From the IMG/VR virus record IMGVR_UViG_3300037722_000807, positions 1 to 35,476 of that record: 35,476 nucleotides of DNA; one strand, written 5' to 3'. The notes beneath the pieces are model-generated. The model worked only from the letters and a program-made list of their open reading frames with translations, had not been told where the DNA came from and searched no databases. The position numbers and the translations under genes are program-made. The DNA is from a virus (taxonomy: Duplodnaviria; Caudoviricetes). The first letter of the stretch is position 1; the number at the start of each line of letters is the position of its first letter. Shown one piece after another: positions 9,386 to 18,570 of the stretch.

Positions 9386-11311
9386 TTATAGCTCCCTTTT
9401 TGGTTCAATTGAACAATCACAAGAAAAATTTGGTGTTTGGTTTGGGAAAAGTAATTTAATTTCTCCTTCACCTAGTTTTGGTCTTCCTCTATGACCACAT
9501 TCATTTCTGTTTACTTTCCAATCCATATTAATTTTTTTATCAGACATAATCAAGTATTTTGTATAATTAATTGTGCCTCTTAAAAGTGTATTTGTTATTT
9601 TTGACATTCTAGGTTGAGAATCAAATTGTTTTTCAACATGATCTTTCCAATCAAGATCATCGCTATAATGTTTGTTAAGGGTTACTTGATACTCATAGGC
9701 CAATTTCTCAGAAATAGGAGATATCCAATTGCTCTTTTCAAAAACAATTGAATCTATTCCTAAATGCTGAAAAAGGATACCTATCGTTTTAAAAGACAAT
9801 TCAGAAATAAACTTTGCTATTTTTTCTTTTACATCTTGATTATTTGTTTTAATAAGCGTGTCTACTATATTTTTATTCCAAGTTTCTCTAAAAGCATCTT
9901 CATATTCAAAAAACTTGGATAATTTCATTTCCAAAGATTCATTTTCCTGTATTGATCTTCCATCAGTAGGATTATCATCTCTATCATCTGTTCCATCAGG
10001 ATTTACATTTGGCTTATCATTGTCGTGTCTTGTTGGATCAGTTTCATTATCACCACCACCATTACCACCACTATTATTTGATTCATTCAAAAGTAAATCC
10101 ACAAATTCTTTTGCTCTGCTTAAAGGAACTAAAGAACCTTTTATACTTACTAAAATTTCATCCCCACCCTCTTGCTTGGGCAAATCTAAGGTTTCACGCC
10201 TAAATTCATTTATAGCCATTGCTGGTTGTGCCGCCAAATAAACTCTTGCTTCTTTTACATCTAAATCTCTGTCTCTTGGAATTGGATCATGGTGTCTTAC
10301 TTCAATTCTTTCATCAAAATCATGTAGAATGCTTCTGGTTAATACTTCATCCCACAAAGATAAACGTGAAGCAATACATTCTCTATTAAAAGCAATATCG
10401 GCTGTCACACTTCCTGCTCTGTTTGATTCAGTATCACCACCAGCTTTTGAAATAGGTACACCATAAGCACCAAATATTTTAGATTTAGACCATCCAGCAA
10501 GATTTAAAAATTCAAAATCTTTATTTGTAAATTTAAGTGGTACTGGTTTCAATCCAGAAGAAAGAACAGCAACATCATGAAAGTTTCCAGAATATTTAGA
10601 TTTCCATCTCTCTTTAATTTCATCTGCTTTTTCTTGTCCAATTTCAGCATCAGTATATAAAGCCATATCAATTCTTGCTGAATTCTTGAAAAAATCTCTT
10701 TCATAATGTTCTACATATCTATCTATATCAACAGCATAAGCTTGTGCTTGGATAGGACTCATAAAAGAATGGGGATCAAGGGGATTGGCATATTTAATAG
10801 TAATTAATTCTTTAGAATCAAATTGTATTTGTTTGTTTTCAAAATTAAACGTATAAATGACTTTAGGATTTAAAAAATCATTTATTACATCAACACTTAC
10901 AAAATCATTCATGTTTAAAGGCCAAATTTCCCATATCTGGCCTAATCTATTTCTTGCGGGATAAATGCAAGTCATTCCACATAAATCTAATTGCAATTGG
11001 CAAAACGATTTAATAAATCTGAACGTCATTATATCATTGGGTTTGAAAAATGGTTTTGTGAATGTTTTGTATGATTTATTACTGCTTGTTACTTCTTCAT
11101 TTCTATCGGTACGATAAAAATAAAAAGGTACAGAAGAAACACGTTTTTCAATCAAAGAAGTACAAGCAAAAACCCAAGATTTATATTCTTTTAATTGTGA
11201 TTGTGTGTTTCCTTTAAGGTTTTCAATAGAAGCCCCTTTCTCCCTATTCATTATTGCAACCAAATCGGAATAATTTTTACCAATGTCAATTTTAAAAGGA
11301 CCAAATCTCAT
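9386..11311 (-). CDS. Portal protein (HK97 family) with C-terminal MuF-like extension
   Basis: WVFAC, L.L.G, SPI, FF.N.A, VL..G......L...D.EF motifs; Gly/Asp linker then W....C...P...CDC. Confidence 0.9.
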   Translation of the reverse strand: MRFGPFKIDIGKNYSDLVAIMNREKGASIENLKGNTQSQLKEYKSWVFACTSLIEKRVSSVPFYFYRTDRNEEVTSSNKSYKTFTKPFFKPNDIMTFRFIKSFCQLQLDLCGMTCIYPARNRLGQIWEIWPLNMNDFVSVDVINDFLNPKVIYTFNFENKQIQFDSKELITIKYANPLDPHSFMSPIQAQAYAVDIDRYVEHYERDFFKNSARIDMALYTDAEIGQEKADEIKERWKSKYSGNFHDVAVLSSGLKPVPLKFTNKDFEFLNLAGWSKSKIFGAYGVPISKAGGDTESNRAGSVTADIAFNRECIASRLSLWDEVLTRSILHDFDERIEVRHHDPIPRDRDLDVKEARVYLAAQPAMAINEFRRETLDLPKQEGGDEILVSIKGSLVPLSRAKEFVDLLLNESNNSGGNGGGDNETDPTRHDNDKPNVNPDGTDDRDDNPTDGRSIQENESLEMKLSKFFEYEDAFRETWNKNIVDTLIKTNNQDVKEKIAKFISELSFKTIGILFQHLGIDSIVFEKSNWISPISEKLAYEYQVTLNKHYSDDLDWKDHVEKQFDSQPRMSKITNTLLRGTINYTKYLIMSDKKINMDWKVNRNECGHRGRPKLGEGEIKLLFPNQTPNFSCDCSIEPKREL

Positions 11312-11892
11312 TCTGTTTTCCTCCTATAATTCAACTTAAATTTAAGTCCTCTATCATCCAAATATTCAAAATTTGTCCAAGCAAAATCTTTGTGATATTT
11401 TAAAGCGGCTCTATCATATGCCATTGCCGCTTTTACTTCACAGTCAAAATATCCCAAATAAACTCTCTTCTTGTTAATTCTTATATTTGCTTGAAACATT
11501 TGTTTGTTGTCTTTTTTTCTTTTATATGAATATTTAACACCTTTATATTTACTTTTTGAATTTTTCCTAGGTATAGCGTTTTGTGCGTTCTGTAAAGGTG
11601 TTGCTAATCTCAGATTTTCTTTTCTGTTATCAAGACCATTATTATTTCTGTGATCAACAAATTTATCACCTTCAACGCCAATGATAAGCCTATGCATTCT
11701 TATTTCCCTGCCTTTGTGTCCTTTCCATGTTGATCCTGTCTTCCAAACTTCTCTTCTTGTAGCATAAAATCTTTCTGGTGAGTTTGGTCCATCCTTATGT
11801 TTTACTGCACACCATTTCCATTGGTTTAACCATTCATAATCTTCATCATCAACTATTGCAAATTTTCCTTGTGTTAATTCTATCTTCTTCAC
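11308..11892 (-). CDS. HNH endonuclease with AP2 DNA-binding domain
   Basis: I.LTQGK.AIVDDED, MHRLI, VDH.N.NGLDNR.ENLR, S.YKGV, LG.F..E..AA.AYD.AA; GTG start; ATGA overlap with portal. Confidence 0.92.
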   Translation of the reverse strand: MKKIELTQGKFAIVDDEDYEWLNQWKWCAVKHKDGPNSPERFYATRREVWKTGSTWKGHKGREIRMHRLIIGVEGDKFVDHRNNNGLDNRKENLRLATPLQNAQNAIPRKNSKSKYKGVKYSYKRKKDNKQMFQANIRINKKRVYLGYFDCEVKAAMAYDRAALKYHKDFAWTNFEYLDDRGLKFKLNYRRKTE

Positions 11893-11928
11893 TTATACCT
11901 CTCTTATAAAATAACTAATCTTTTTATA

Positions 11929-13494
11929 TCAATACACCTGTGGCCCTGAGTCTATTCCTCTTATTACTTTGCGGCAACCTTCTCTACAAAAATATAATGA
12001 CATAGCAACGTCACTTGTTTCATAGAAGGGGTGATTTAACATTTCAAAGTACATTCTTGACCAAGCATTATTATCCATATCATCAGATACATCTGGTCTT
12101 CCTTCACTAAAACAAAACATCCATTCTTTGTTTTCAAATTCCTTGTCCATTGAGGGAAGACCTGTATTCATATCCATTTTCCCCCTACCAGTTAAAAACC
12201 CCTCAATCTTTATGTTATATTTTTTAAATTTTTCATCACCCATTGCGGCAATTAATAAATCAATGATTGCCTCCTGAACACCATTGTTTTCTGCAATATA
12301 TAATTCAACACCATATTCTCTATAGGTTCTAACAATGTGTCCAGTTAATTCAGAACTCTTTCTTAATGTAACAATTTCTATAGGTAATTTCAATCCAGTT
12401 TTTTTATGAACCGCAACAATAGAAAGAACAGTACCGGGACGTTTAGCACCAGCAAAGTCAATACCACCAATAAATATCCAATTTGATTCATGTTCAATTA
12501 TTGCTCTTGGATTAACACCAAAATGACAGCATCTTTCAAAAAAACCAAAAGTCTTATCACTATCAGTATATGGTATTAAACAATACCCTCTTTTAAAATC
12601 TCTATCACCTAATTCAATATGTCTATCATCTAATGCTTTTCTATTAAATTTTGTCCAAAGTGGTAATTTAAAATATCGTCCAAAAGAATCTTTAAATTCC
12701 AAACATTCTTTATTTTCACTGACAGCAATACTCATCCACGCCCATGATGGATTTCTTTGTACATAAGATGCTAAATCATTTTCATGCCATTTATTCATCA
12801 TCAATATGATTTCTGAATCATCAGGAATCATACGAGTCATCCAAATATTTTTTATTGTGTCTTCTATCTTTAAACGTGTAGTTGGTTCATAAACAGCAGT
12901 TCTTAAATCTTGTGGATCATCAAAAACAATTAAATTAGCACGACCACCAATACCAGTACCCAACACAGAGTATGCTTCAACAGTACAGTTGGCTGACGGT
13001 GAACTTCTTGATACTGTAAATCTTTCTGAACCCCATATATTAGTAGGAGTAACATGAGGAGCAATGTTATGAAAATCTTCATCTCTCTCTATATAATCAC
13101 GTATTGATCTACAACGTTTAGTTGCTTCTGTATCAGATACATGAACAAGTTTTACAAGTATGTTGGGATTTCTTGCTATTCTTTCTAAAACATAACCAAT
13201 ACACAATTGCTCCGTTTTTCCATGCCCAAATGCTCCTAAAACCATATATTTATTAAAGCCTTTTTTCTTTGCTATTCTTATGAACCTATGCATTATATTA
13301 TGTACTGGTTCATTTTTAACTAAGTTACCTTTTGTATCTTTCAATACTCTTTGAACAAAAACTTCTGATTTTTTAGGTAATAAATCTTCAGGGGGTAAAT
13401 CTATTCCAGACAATAAATCAGACATTCCCCCCTTCAAAAAAGTCTTGGTGTCTTTATTTAATAAAGACGCTGAGTTAACATTTTTCTTTCTCAT
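11929..13494 (-). CDS. terL: Terminase large subunit
   Basis: Walker A GAFGHGKT, Walker B LIVFDD, nuclease GIDFA and D..M.L; upstream of portal. Confidence 0.9.
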   Translation of the reverse strand: MRKKNVNSASLLNKDTKTFLKGGMSDLLSGIDLPPEDLLPKKSEVFVQRVLKDTKGNLVKNEPVHNIMHRFIRIAKKKGFNKYMVLGAFGHGKTEQLCIGYVLERIARNPNILVKLVHVSDTEATKRCRSIRDYIERDEDFHNIAPHVTPTNIWGSERFTVSRSSPSANCTVEAYSVLGTGIGGRANLIVFDDPQDLRTAVYEPTTRLKIEDTIKNIWMTRMIPDDSEIILMMNKWHENDLASYVQRNPSWAWMSIAVSENKECLEFKDSFGRYFKLPLWTKFNRKALDDRHIELGDRDFKRGYCLIPYTDSDKTFGFFERCCHFGVNPRAIIEHESNWIFIGGIDFAGAKRPGTVLSIVAVHKKTGLKLPIEIVTLRKSSELTGHIVRTYREYGVELYIAENNGVQEAIIDLLIAAMGDEKFKKYNIKIEGFLTGRGKMDMNTGLPSMDKEFENKEWMFCFSEGRPDVSDDMDNNAWSRMYFEMLNHPFYETSDVAMSLYFCREGCRKVIRGIDSGPQVY

Positions 13495-13502
13495 GTTTGC
13501 CT

Positions 13503-14006
13503 CTAATCAACACATTCAACATCAATTATTTTGGTCGAATTATTTTCCAACATTTGTGGATCATCAATGTTTACACTTTTCAATTTTTGCATTATTTTTT
13601 GTTTTAACTGAGGGGCGCACTCATTTATTACAGAAAGAACTACATTTTGGAAGGTGACAAGTTTAATTTCATATTTATGCTCAATTGTGTCTTTTTTACC
13701 ATATTTTTCAGGATACAATCTTTCAAGTATCCATGCTGAAGCTTGCCAAGTACCCATAGAACCTGCTTCAGATATATTTTCCAATTGTTCTACTTCTAAT
13801 AATACTTGACTTCTTTGTACAAAATCTTCAAAATCAACATCAGAACGCATTTCTGCCAACTCTATTTTTGATACATTTGCTAAAATACAAGCTTCATTTA
13901 ATTTTAATCCTTTGGTTAAATATCTCGCCATTTTTGTTTTTTTCTTATTTATATCATTCTTTTTTGCTCTCTTTGATTTCAATTTAATTTTTGACATAAC
14001 CTCCAT
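13503..14006 (-). CDS. terS: Terminase small subunit
   Basis: HTH 'GL....AC.LA.VS', WQASAW.LER.YP..YG motif; immediately upstream of TerL. Confidence 0.75.
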   Translation of the reverse strand: MEVMSKIKLKSKRAKKNDINKKKTKMARYLTKGLKLNEACILANVSKIELAEMRSDVDFEDFVQRSQVLLEVEQLENISEAGSMGTWQASAWILERLYPEKYGKKDTIEHKYEIKLVTFQNVVLSVINECAPQLKQKIMQKLKSVNIDDPQMLENNSTKIIDVECVD

Positions 14007-14076
14007 CCCATATATATTAAGATAAAAGATAACTATTATATTTTTACTTTAAATAACTTAAAATTGCAAGGAGATA

Positions 14077-14577
14077 ATGATTGTAATGAAAAAAAATATA
14101 ACAAAAAAGGAAAAATATAATTTAATAAATCGTTTTAACAAGTCTCCAGAAGAAAGCCCTTTTCACGAACTATTTCAAAAAGTAATGATTGAAAGATTAT
14201 TACTTAATAGAGAAAGAAAATATCATCCTGAAAATGTAAAACAGATTATAAGTAGTATAGAGATAAATGGTTATAGGAGAAGTCCCAAAGATTTAAATAC
14301 TGATATTACAGGAGGTTTTATTTTATCCACTAATGTAGAAGCTGAATTTTATATTTTGTTACAAGAAACAATAAAAGATATTACTGGTGATTATATGGCT
14401 ATGGATGAATTTATTCACACTTTATTAACTTGGTTTTATCAATATTATTCTGGAAATTCTTATAGGAAAATTAATCTTCCATTTGTGAAAAAAAGAGTAA
14501 AAAATAAAAATAAATTGATTTCAAAGTTTGATTGTAAATTTTCTAAATATTATAAAAATATTTCATTGACTTATTAA
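14077..14577 (+). CDS. Hypothetical protein
   Basis: 166-aa ORF with AAGGAG RBS, divergent from terS. Confidence 0.6.
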   Translation: MIVMKKNITKKEKYNLINRFNKSPEESPFHELFQKVMIERLLLNRERKYHPENVKQIISSIEINGYRRSPKDLNTDITGGFILSTNVEAEFYILLQETIKDITGDYMAMDEFIHTLLTWFYQYYSGNSYRKINLPFVKKRVKNKNKLISKFDCKFSKYYKNISLTY

Positions 14578-14594
14578 TTTTAATTTTATATTCT
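14566..14594 (+). promoter_or_regulatory. Sigma70-like promoter upstream of the initiator gene
   Basis: TTGACT-17 nt-TATTCT. Confidence 0.55.
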
Positions 14595-14633
14595 AAAATT
14601 CCAGCCCTAATTCTGTTTGCTTCTTTTAAATGT

Positions 14634-14670
14634 AAAAAAGGGGAATCTTCCACACCCTAGAAGATTCCCC
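14634..14670 (-). terminator. Leftward-facing terminator in the initiator 5' leader
   Basis: 11-bp stem GGGGAATCTTC/GAAGATTCCCC; the T6 tail is on the minus strand only. Confidence 0.6.
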
Positions 14671-14720
14671 ACAACAAAGAGAGGCAAACCACTAACTTCC
14701 GATCAGGAGGGAAGAAGCTA

Positions 14721-16472
14721 ATGGCTTATAAAAATACTAATATTTCTTTAGACAAAAAGCAAGAAGAAAAAATTGTTAGAATAAAAATAAAAAGAGAAAC
14801 AAAAGATGATTTTCTTTTTGAATATGGTAAATTCTGTAAGGCATTTCTTTCCCATCCTGATAATCCTTGGAAAAAAGATAATAATCCAATTTATAATCTT
14901 AAAAAATTAGGCATAAATAAAATAGGAAAATCACAAAAAAAGGTAATATACTTTCTTTATGATTTTTTTAAAAAAGGTAAACCTGTTTTTTATAATTATG
15001 AAAATATATCAAATCTTTTAGAAATTAATCAAACCAATATATCAAAACTGTTTCAATCTCTTGTAGACAAAGAAATTATATTTAAAGAAAACTTTAAAAA
15101 TAAAAATGGTGGTGGGGAACATCAGGTACTAATCCTTCCAAATTTACCAAATCTGAAAGATAATTTTCAAAAATTTTTAGACACAAAGTTACTTGAACAA
15201 AACAAGGAAAGTTACTTGAACGTTCAAGTAGAAACGTTTTGTAAACATTCAAAAAATAAAGACTTTTTCAGCTCCTTCTCTTGTAGGACTTTTAAAGCTT
15301 ATATAAGTACTTTAAATACTAATATAAGTAACTTTAGTCTAAAGACTAAACACGGTTCTGCGAACCGTTATAAAAAAAGTTCTTATGTTTGTTTAAAACC
15401 AAAGGAGAAAAAAACTATGCGTTTACAGCTTAAATGCAAAACAAATTCTTTGACCTCCAATGAATCTTTGCTTCAAGAAAAGAAAATAAAAAATATTAAA
15501 AATAATTTTGCTCGTAGAAAGAAATCTTTGAATAAACAAGAAACATTTGTTGAATTAAGTAAATTTTTTGAATCAATTAAAACAAAACCAAAAAATAAAC
15601 AATACTTTGATACTAGAATTATTAATAAATTAAATTACTTTGTTATAAATGATTTTGGTTTTGAATATGATATTAAATCTATTTTGAATATAAATAATCT
15701 TGATACCGTTGTAGGACTTATTGATAATAAAATTGTTTTTAAAATATTTGATTTATTGAAAAATGACGGAAAATTAACAGATATTAATACTAAAAAGATT
15801 ATTGATTATTATAATTCTAAAAACAAAGAAGGAAACAAAAAGATAACTGTTACCAATATAAATAAAGATGCTAAAGTGTTTAAAAAATTAAACATAATCA
15901 TTTCACATTTAATGTTGAAACATTCTATCAATGATATTAAACGTGCCATTGATCGTTTTGATAAAAATACAGGTATAACCTGTTTTAAATATTCTAAAAA
16001 AGTTAGTCTTCTAGATTTCCTGATTAATTATAAAGATGATCCTTATTTGAAAGTTCTTTTGACTGAGGAAGATGATAGAGATATTTTTCCTTCTTTGGTT
16101 GAAAAGAAAACAAAATATGAAAAAACACAGAAGGAATGGGAAAAGATTTTTGTATCCTTTTATTCTGACGAAGAAGAAGGAAGGAAAATATTTAAAAGAT
16201 ATAAGTTTAATTTAATTAATTTTGTTGAAGATTTGATTGAAAAAATTGTAAACGATAATCTTGAAACTTGTGGTTATCACCTTACATCAGATAAAAATGA
16301 AACACCAATTTTAATAGAATACATTGGTTATTTAATGGATAATAACTTAGTAAAAGAAAATTTTATAAACATCAGAGAATTAACAAACAAAATGAACTGG
16401 AAAAATTTTATACAAGATAAAATGCGTTCAGAATATGGTTTGAATAATTTTTTCTATAAAAAGAGGAAATAA
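14721..16472 (+). CDS. Putative replication initiator with N-terminal winged HTH
   Basis: YENISNLLEINQTNISKLFQSLVDKEII HTH, followed by a low-complexity linker holding DNA repeats (lambda O-like layout); AGGAGG RBS. Confidence 0.55.
   Translation: MAYKNTNISLDKKQEEKIVRIKIKRETKDDFLFEYGKFCKAFLSHPDNPWKKDNNPIYNLKKLGINKIGKSQKKVIYFLYDFFKKGKPVFYNYENISNLLEINQTNISKLFQSLVDKEIIFKENFKNKNGGGEHQVLILPNLPNLKDNFQKFLDTKLLEQNKESYLNVQVETFCKHSKNKDFFSSFSCRTFKAYISTLNTNISNFSLKTKHGSANRYKKSSYVCLKPKEKKTMRLQLKCKTNSLTSNESLLQEKKIKNIKNNFARRKKSLNKQETFVELSKFFESIKTKPKNKQYFDTRIINKLNYFVINDFGFEYDIKSILNINNLDTVVGLIDNKIVFKIFDLLKNDGKLTDINTKKIIDYYNSKNKEGNKKITVTNINKDAKVFKKLNIIISHLMLKHSINDIKRAIDRFDKNTGITCFKYSKKVSLLDFLINYKDDPYLKVLLTEEDDRDIFPSLVEKKTKYEKTQKEWEKIFVSFYSDEEEGRKIFKRYKFNLINFVEDLIEKIVNDNLETCGYHLTSDKNETPILIEYIGYLMDNNLVKENFINIRELTNKMNWKNFIQDKMRSEYGLNNFFYKKRK
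15185..15368. repeat. Direct repeats and palindromes inside the initiator (candidate origin)
   Basis: AAAGTTACTTGAAC at 15185 and 15208; perfect palindrome TACTTGAACGTTCAAGTA 15213-15230; ATATAAGTA x2; IRs TTTAGTCT/AGACTAAA and ACGGTTC/GAACCGT. Confidence 0.55.
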
Positions 16473-16477
16473 AGCTA

Positions 16478-16506
16478 TTGACAACAAAAATTAATAGAGT
16501 TAAATT
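16478..16506 (+). promoter_or_regulatory. Sigma70-like promoter
   Basis: TTGACA-17 nt-TAAATT in an intergenic gap. Confidence 0.65.
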
Positions 16507-16544
16507 ATATTTAAACATAAAAATAAATTTTGGAGTTATATAAA

Positions 16545-17234
16545 ATGTCTAATTCTAAATTCTTTGAAAATTTAGCTTACAAAAATTTTGATAACAGGGA
16601 AAAATCTTTTATCAATCTGTCTGATTTATATAAAAAAGCCTACAAAGGTTATAGAGATGATTTATCTTCCTTTTCTGTCATGGGAGAGGAGGAAAAAGAG
16701 GAACGCCATTTAAAGGTTTTAGATTTGTGTGAACATTTTGCTGTTACCACAAAAAACAAAGAAGATATAGTTATCACTGAATTTTGGCCTCAATACCTGA
16801 ATGGTTTTATGACCCCTAAACTTTTTGATATTGTGCCTAATTCTTGGTTTACAAAAGAAATTGGTTTTTGTTTTGCTTGTAAACATTTTAAAGGCCAAAA
16901 GAAAGGGGCGCATTGGTTTTTTCACTCCTTGAATAGAAAAGTTGTGGGTATTTTTGGTAAATGTAACAAATATAAAAATACAAATCAGGTTCATAAAGAT
17001 TATAAATTCATTTTTAAATATAATAATCATGTAATGACTCATTTCCGTTGCAGGGGTTGGCAACCCTCTAAATTTTATGAGCAATTAATAAAACACAGAC
17101 TTCTACTCATTTTAACCCACCCAAAAGCAAAATATGATTTAGGTGATTTTTATAAAGAACAAAACAAAATAAATGTTTTTGGTTTTTTAGGAGCAACAAT
17201 GGATATGTTTAATGAATATTACGAAATTGAATAA
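16545..17234 (+). CDS. Hypothetical protein with Cys cluster (CFAC..C..C)
   Basis: ORF; ATG 16545 preceded by GGAG preferred over the TTG at 16530. Confidence 0.6.
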   Translation: MSNSKFFENLAYKNFDNREKSFINLSDLYKKAYKGYRDDLSSFSVMGEEEKEERHLKVLDLCEHFAVTTKNKEDIVITEFWPQYLNGFMTPKLFDIVPNSWFTKEIGFCFACKHFKGQKKGAHWFFHSLNRKVVGIFGKCNKYKNTNQVHKDYKFIFKYNNHVMTHFRCRGWQPSKFYEQLIKHRLLLILTHPKAKYDLGDFYKEQNKINVFGFLGATMDMFNEYYEIE

Positions 17235-17249
17235 AGAGAGGAACAAATC

Positions 17250-17708
17250 ATGGCTAAAAAGAAGACAAAGCTGAACTTAAAGAAAACGACAACAAAAGAA
17301 GAAAAAGAAGAAACAAATATCTTTGAATCTCTGCTAACTAAAAATCCTCTTTATTATTCAGGGTTTTGCTTAACTGATAATCTTACTTTTGCTTTCTTCT
17401 ATGCAGAGGAAAAAAAATTAGTTGACAATTCATTGATAAAAGATTTAAATAGATTTAAGTTCAATGAAGCGGAATTGGATATAATTCTTGATCGAACAAC
17501 AAAGATTGAATTCAGCAAAGGCATCAAGAAAGTCCATTTCCCAAATTATGGTTTTATAAACCGTGAAATCTTCAACACCATGCAAGAGATTTATCCTGAA
17601 TGTGTATTTCACCCTGTTTTAACTTTTTTCGGGCAAGATGTTAATTCAATGTTGATTGTGCTGTCCGAAGAGTATGGCAAACCAGTTGGTTTGTTTAAAC
17701 CTATCTAA
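17250..17708 (+). CDS. Hypothetical protein
   Basis: 152-aa ORF, GAGG RBS, basic N-terminus. Confidence 0.65.
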   Translation: MAKKKTKLNLKKTTTKEEKEETNIFESLLTKNPLYYSGFCLTDNLTFAFFYAEEKKLVDNSLIKDLNRFKFNEAELDIILDRTTKIEFSKGIKKVHFPNYGFINREIFNTMQEIYPECVFHPVLTFFGQDVNSMLIVLSEEYGKPVGLFKPI

Positions 17709-17726
17709 CTAAAAAGGAGAACAAAA

Positions 17727-18167
17727 ATGGCTAGGAAGAAAAAAGAAGAAGTGAAAGAAGAAGTGAAAGAGGAAGCCCCTGTTAAAAAGGGTCGTGGCAA
17801 GAAAAAGGTAGAAGAAGCTGCCCCTGTCAAAGAAGTTAAATCTAAAAGCAAGGAAAAGGCAGGAAAAGACAAAACTAAATCGAAGAAGGAAGAGATTAAC
17901 GATAGGTTTGCGGGAAAACGCGGAAGGAAAAAGGGCCAGAGGAGCGTTATCACTAAGAAAGATGCAGAAAAAGTTGCTTCTGAGTTTGCTGAAATTGAAA
18001 GTTTTTTTGATACTGTTGCTGAAGATGTTCAGAATTTTCTTGATAAAAATGCAAAATCTTCTGTTGGCAAGGCTAGGAAATCTCTTCAAGAGGTTGTTAA
18101 ACGAATCAAGCCCTTCAGAAAAACTTTGCAAGAGGCTAAAGCTAATATGAAAGAAGAAAAAGTTTAA
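17727..18167 (+). CDS. Histone H1-like (Hc1-family) protein with Lys/Glu-rich N-terminal tail
   Basis: C-terminal D...F..K..K....KARK.LQE.....K..RK..QE helical pattern of Hc1; tail with KKGRGKK and KRGRKKG; strong RBS and own terminator. Confidence 0.7.
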   Translation: MARKKKEEVKEEVKEEAPVKKGRGKKKVEEAAPVKEVKSKSKEKAGKDKTKSKKEEINDRFAGKRGRKKGQRSVITKKDAEKVASEFAEIESFFDTVAEDVQNFLDKNAKSSVGKARKSLQEVVKRIKPFRKTLQEAKANMKEEKV

Positions 18168-18197
18168 TTATTGTTTTTATTAAGAGAGGCTAGATTT

Positions 18198-18240
18198 AAA
18201 AAGGAAGCTAGAATAAGGGTGAATTCTAGCTTCCTTTTTT
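18198..18240 (+). terminator. Rho-independent terminator
   Basis: Stem GGAAGCTAGAAT/ATTCTAGCTTCC with T6 tail (A-tract on the other side). Confidence 0.85.
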
Positions 18241-18288
18241 AATATTTTTATATCTATAATTAATAAAGAAAGGACGATATTAAATTAA

Positions 18289-18570
18289 ATGATTAAAAAA
18301 AGAAGTAATCAAATTTATGGTGAATTTGAATGTGGTATATGTAAAAAGATATTCCATATTAAGTCTCAATTGGATGCACATAAGGGAATTCATACCAGAG
18401 AATCAAGTGGACCACCTAAATGCAGTAATTGTAAAATAACCCTTATAGCCAAAAAGAACTGGCATAAATCTTTGATGAAACAAAGTAAAAGAATGTGTAA
18501 GAAATGTGTTAGACAAGTAAATAAAAATGCATACTTAAATCGTAAAAAGAAAAAGATGGAGGGAAAATGA
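18289..18570 (+). CDS. C2H2 zinc-finger protein with second CxxC..CxxC motif
   Basis: FECGICKKIFHIKSQLDAHKGIH matches F-x-C-x2-C-x3-F-x5-L-x2-H-x3-H. Confidence 0.75.
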   Translation: MIKKRSNQIYGEFECGICKKIFHIKSQLDAHKGIHTRESSGPPKCSNCKITLIAKKNWHKSLMKQSKRMCKKCVRQVNKNAYLNRKKKKMEGK

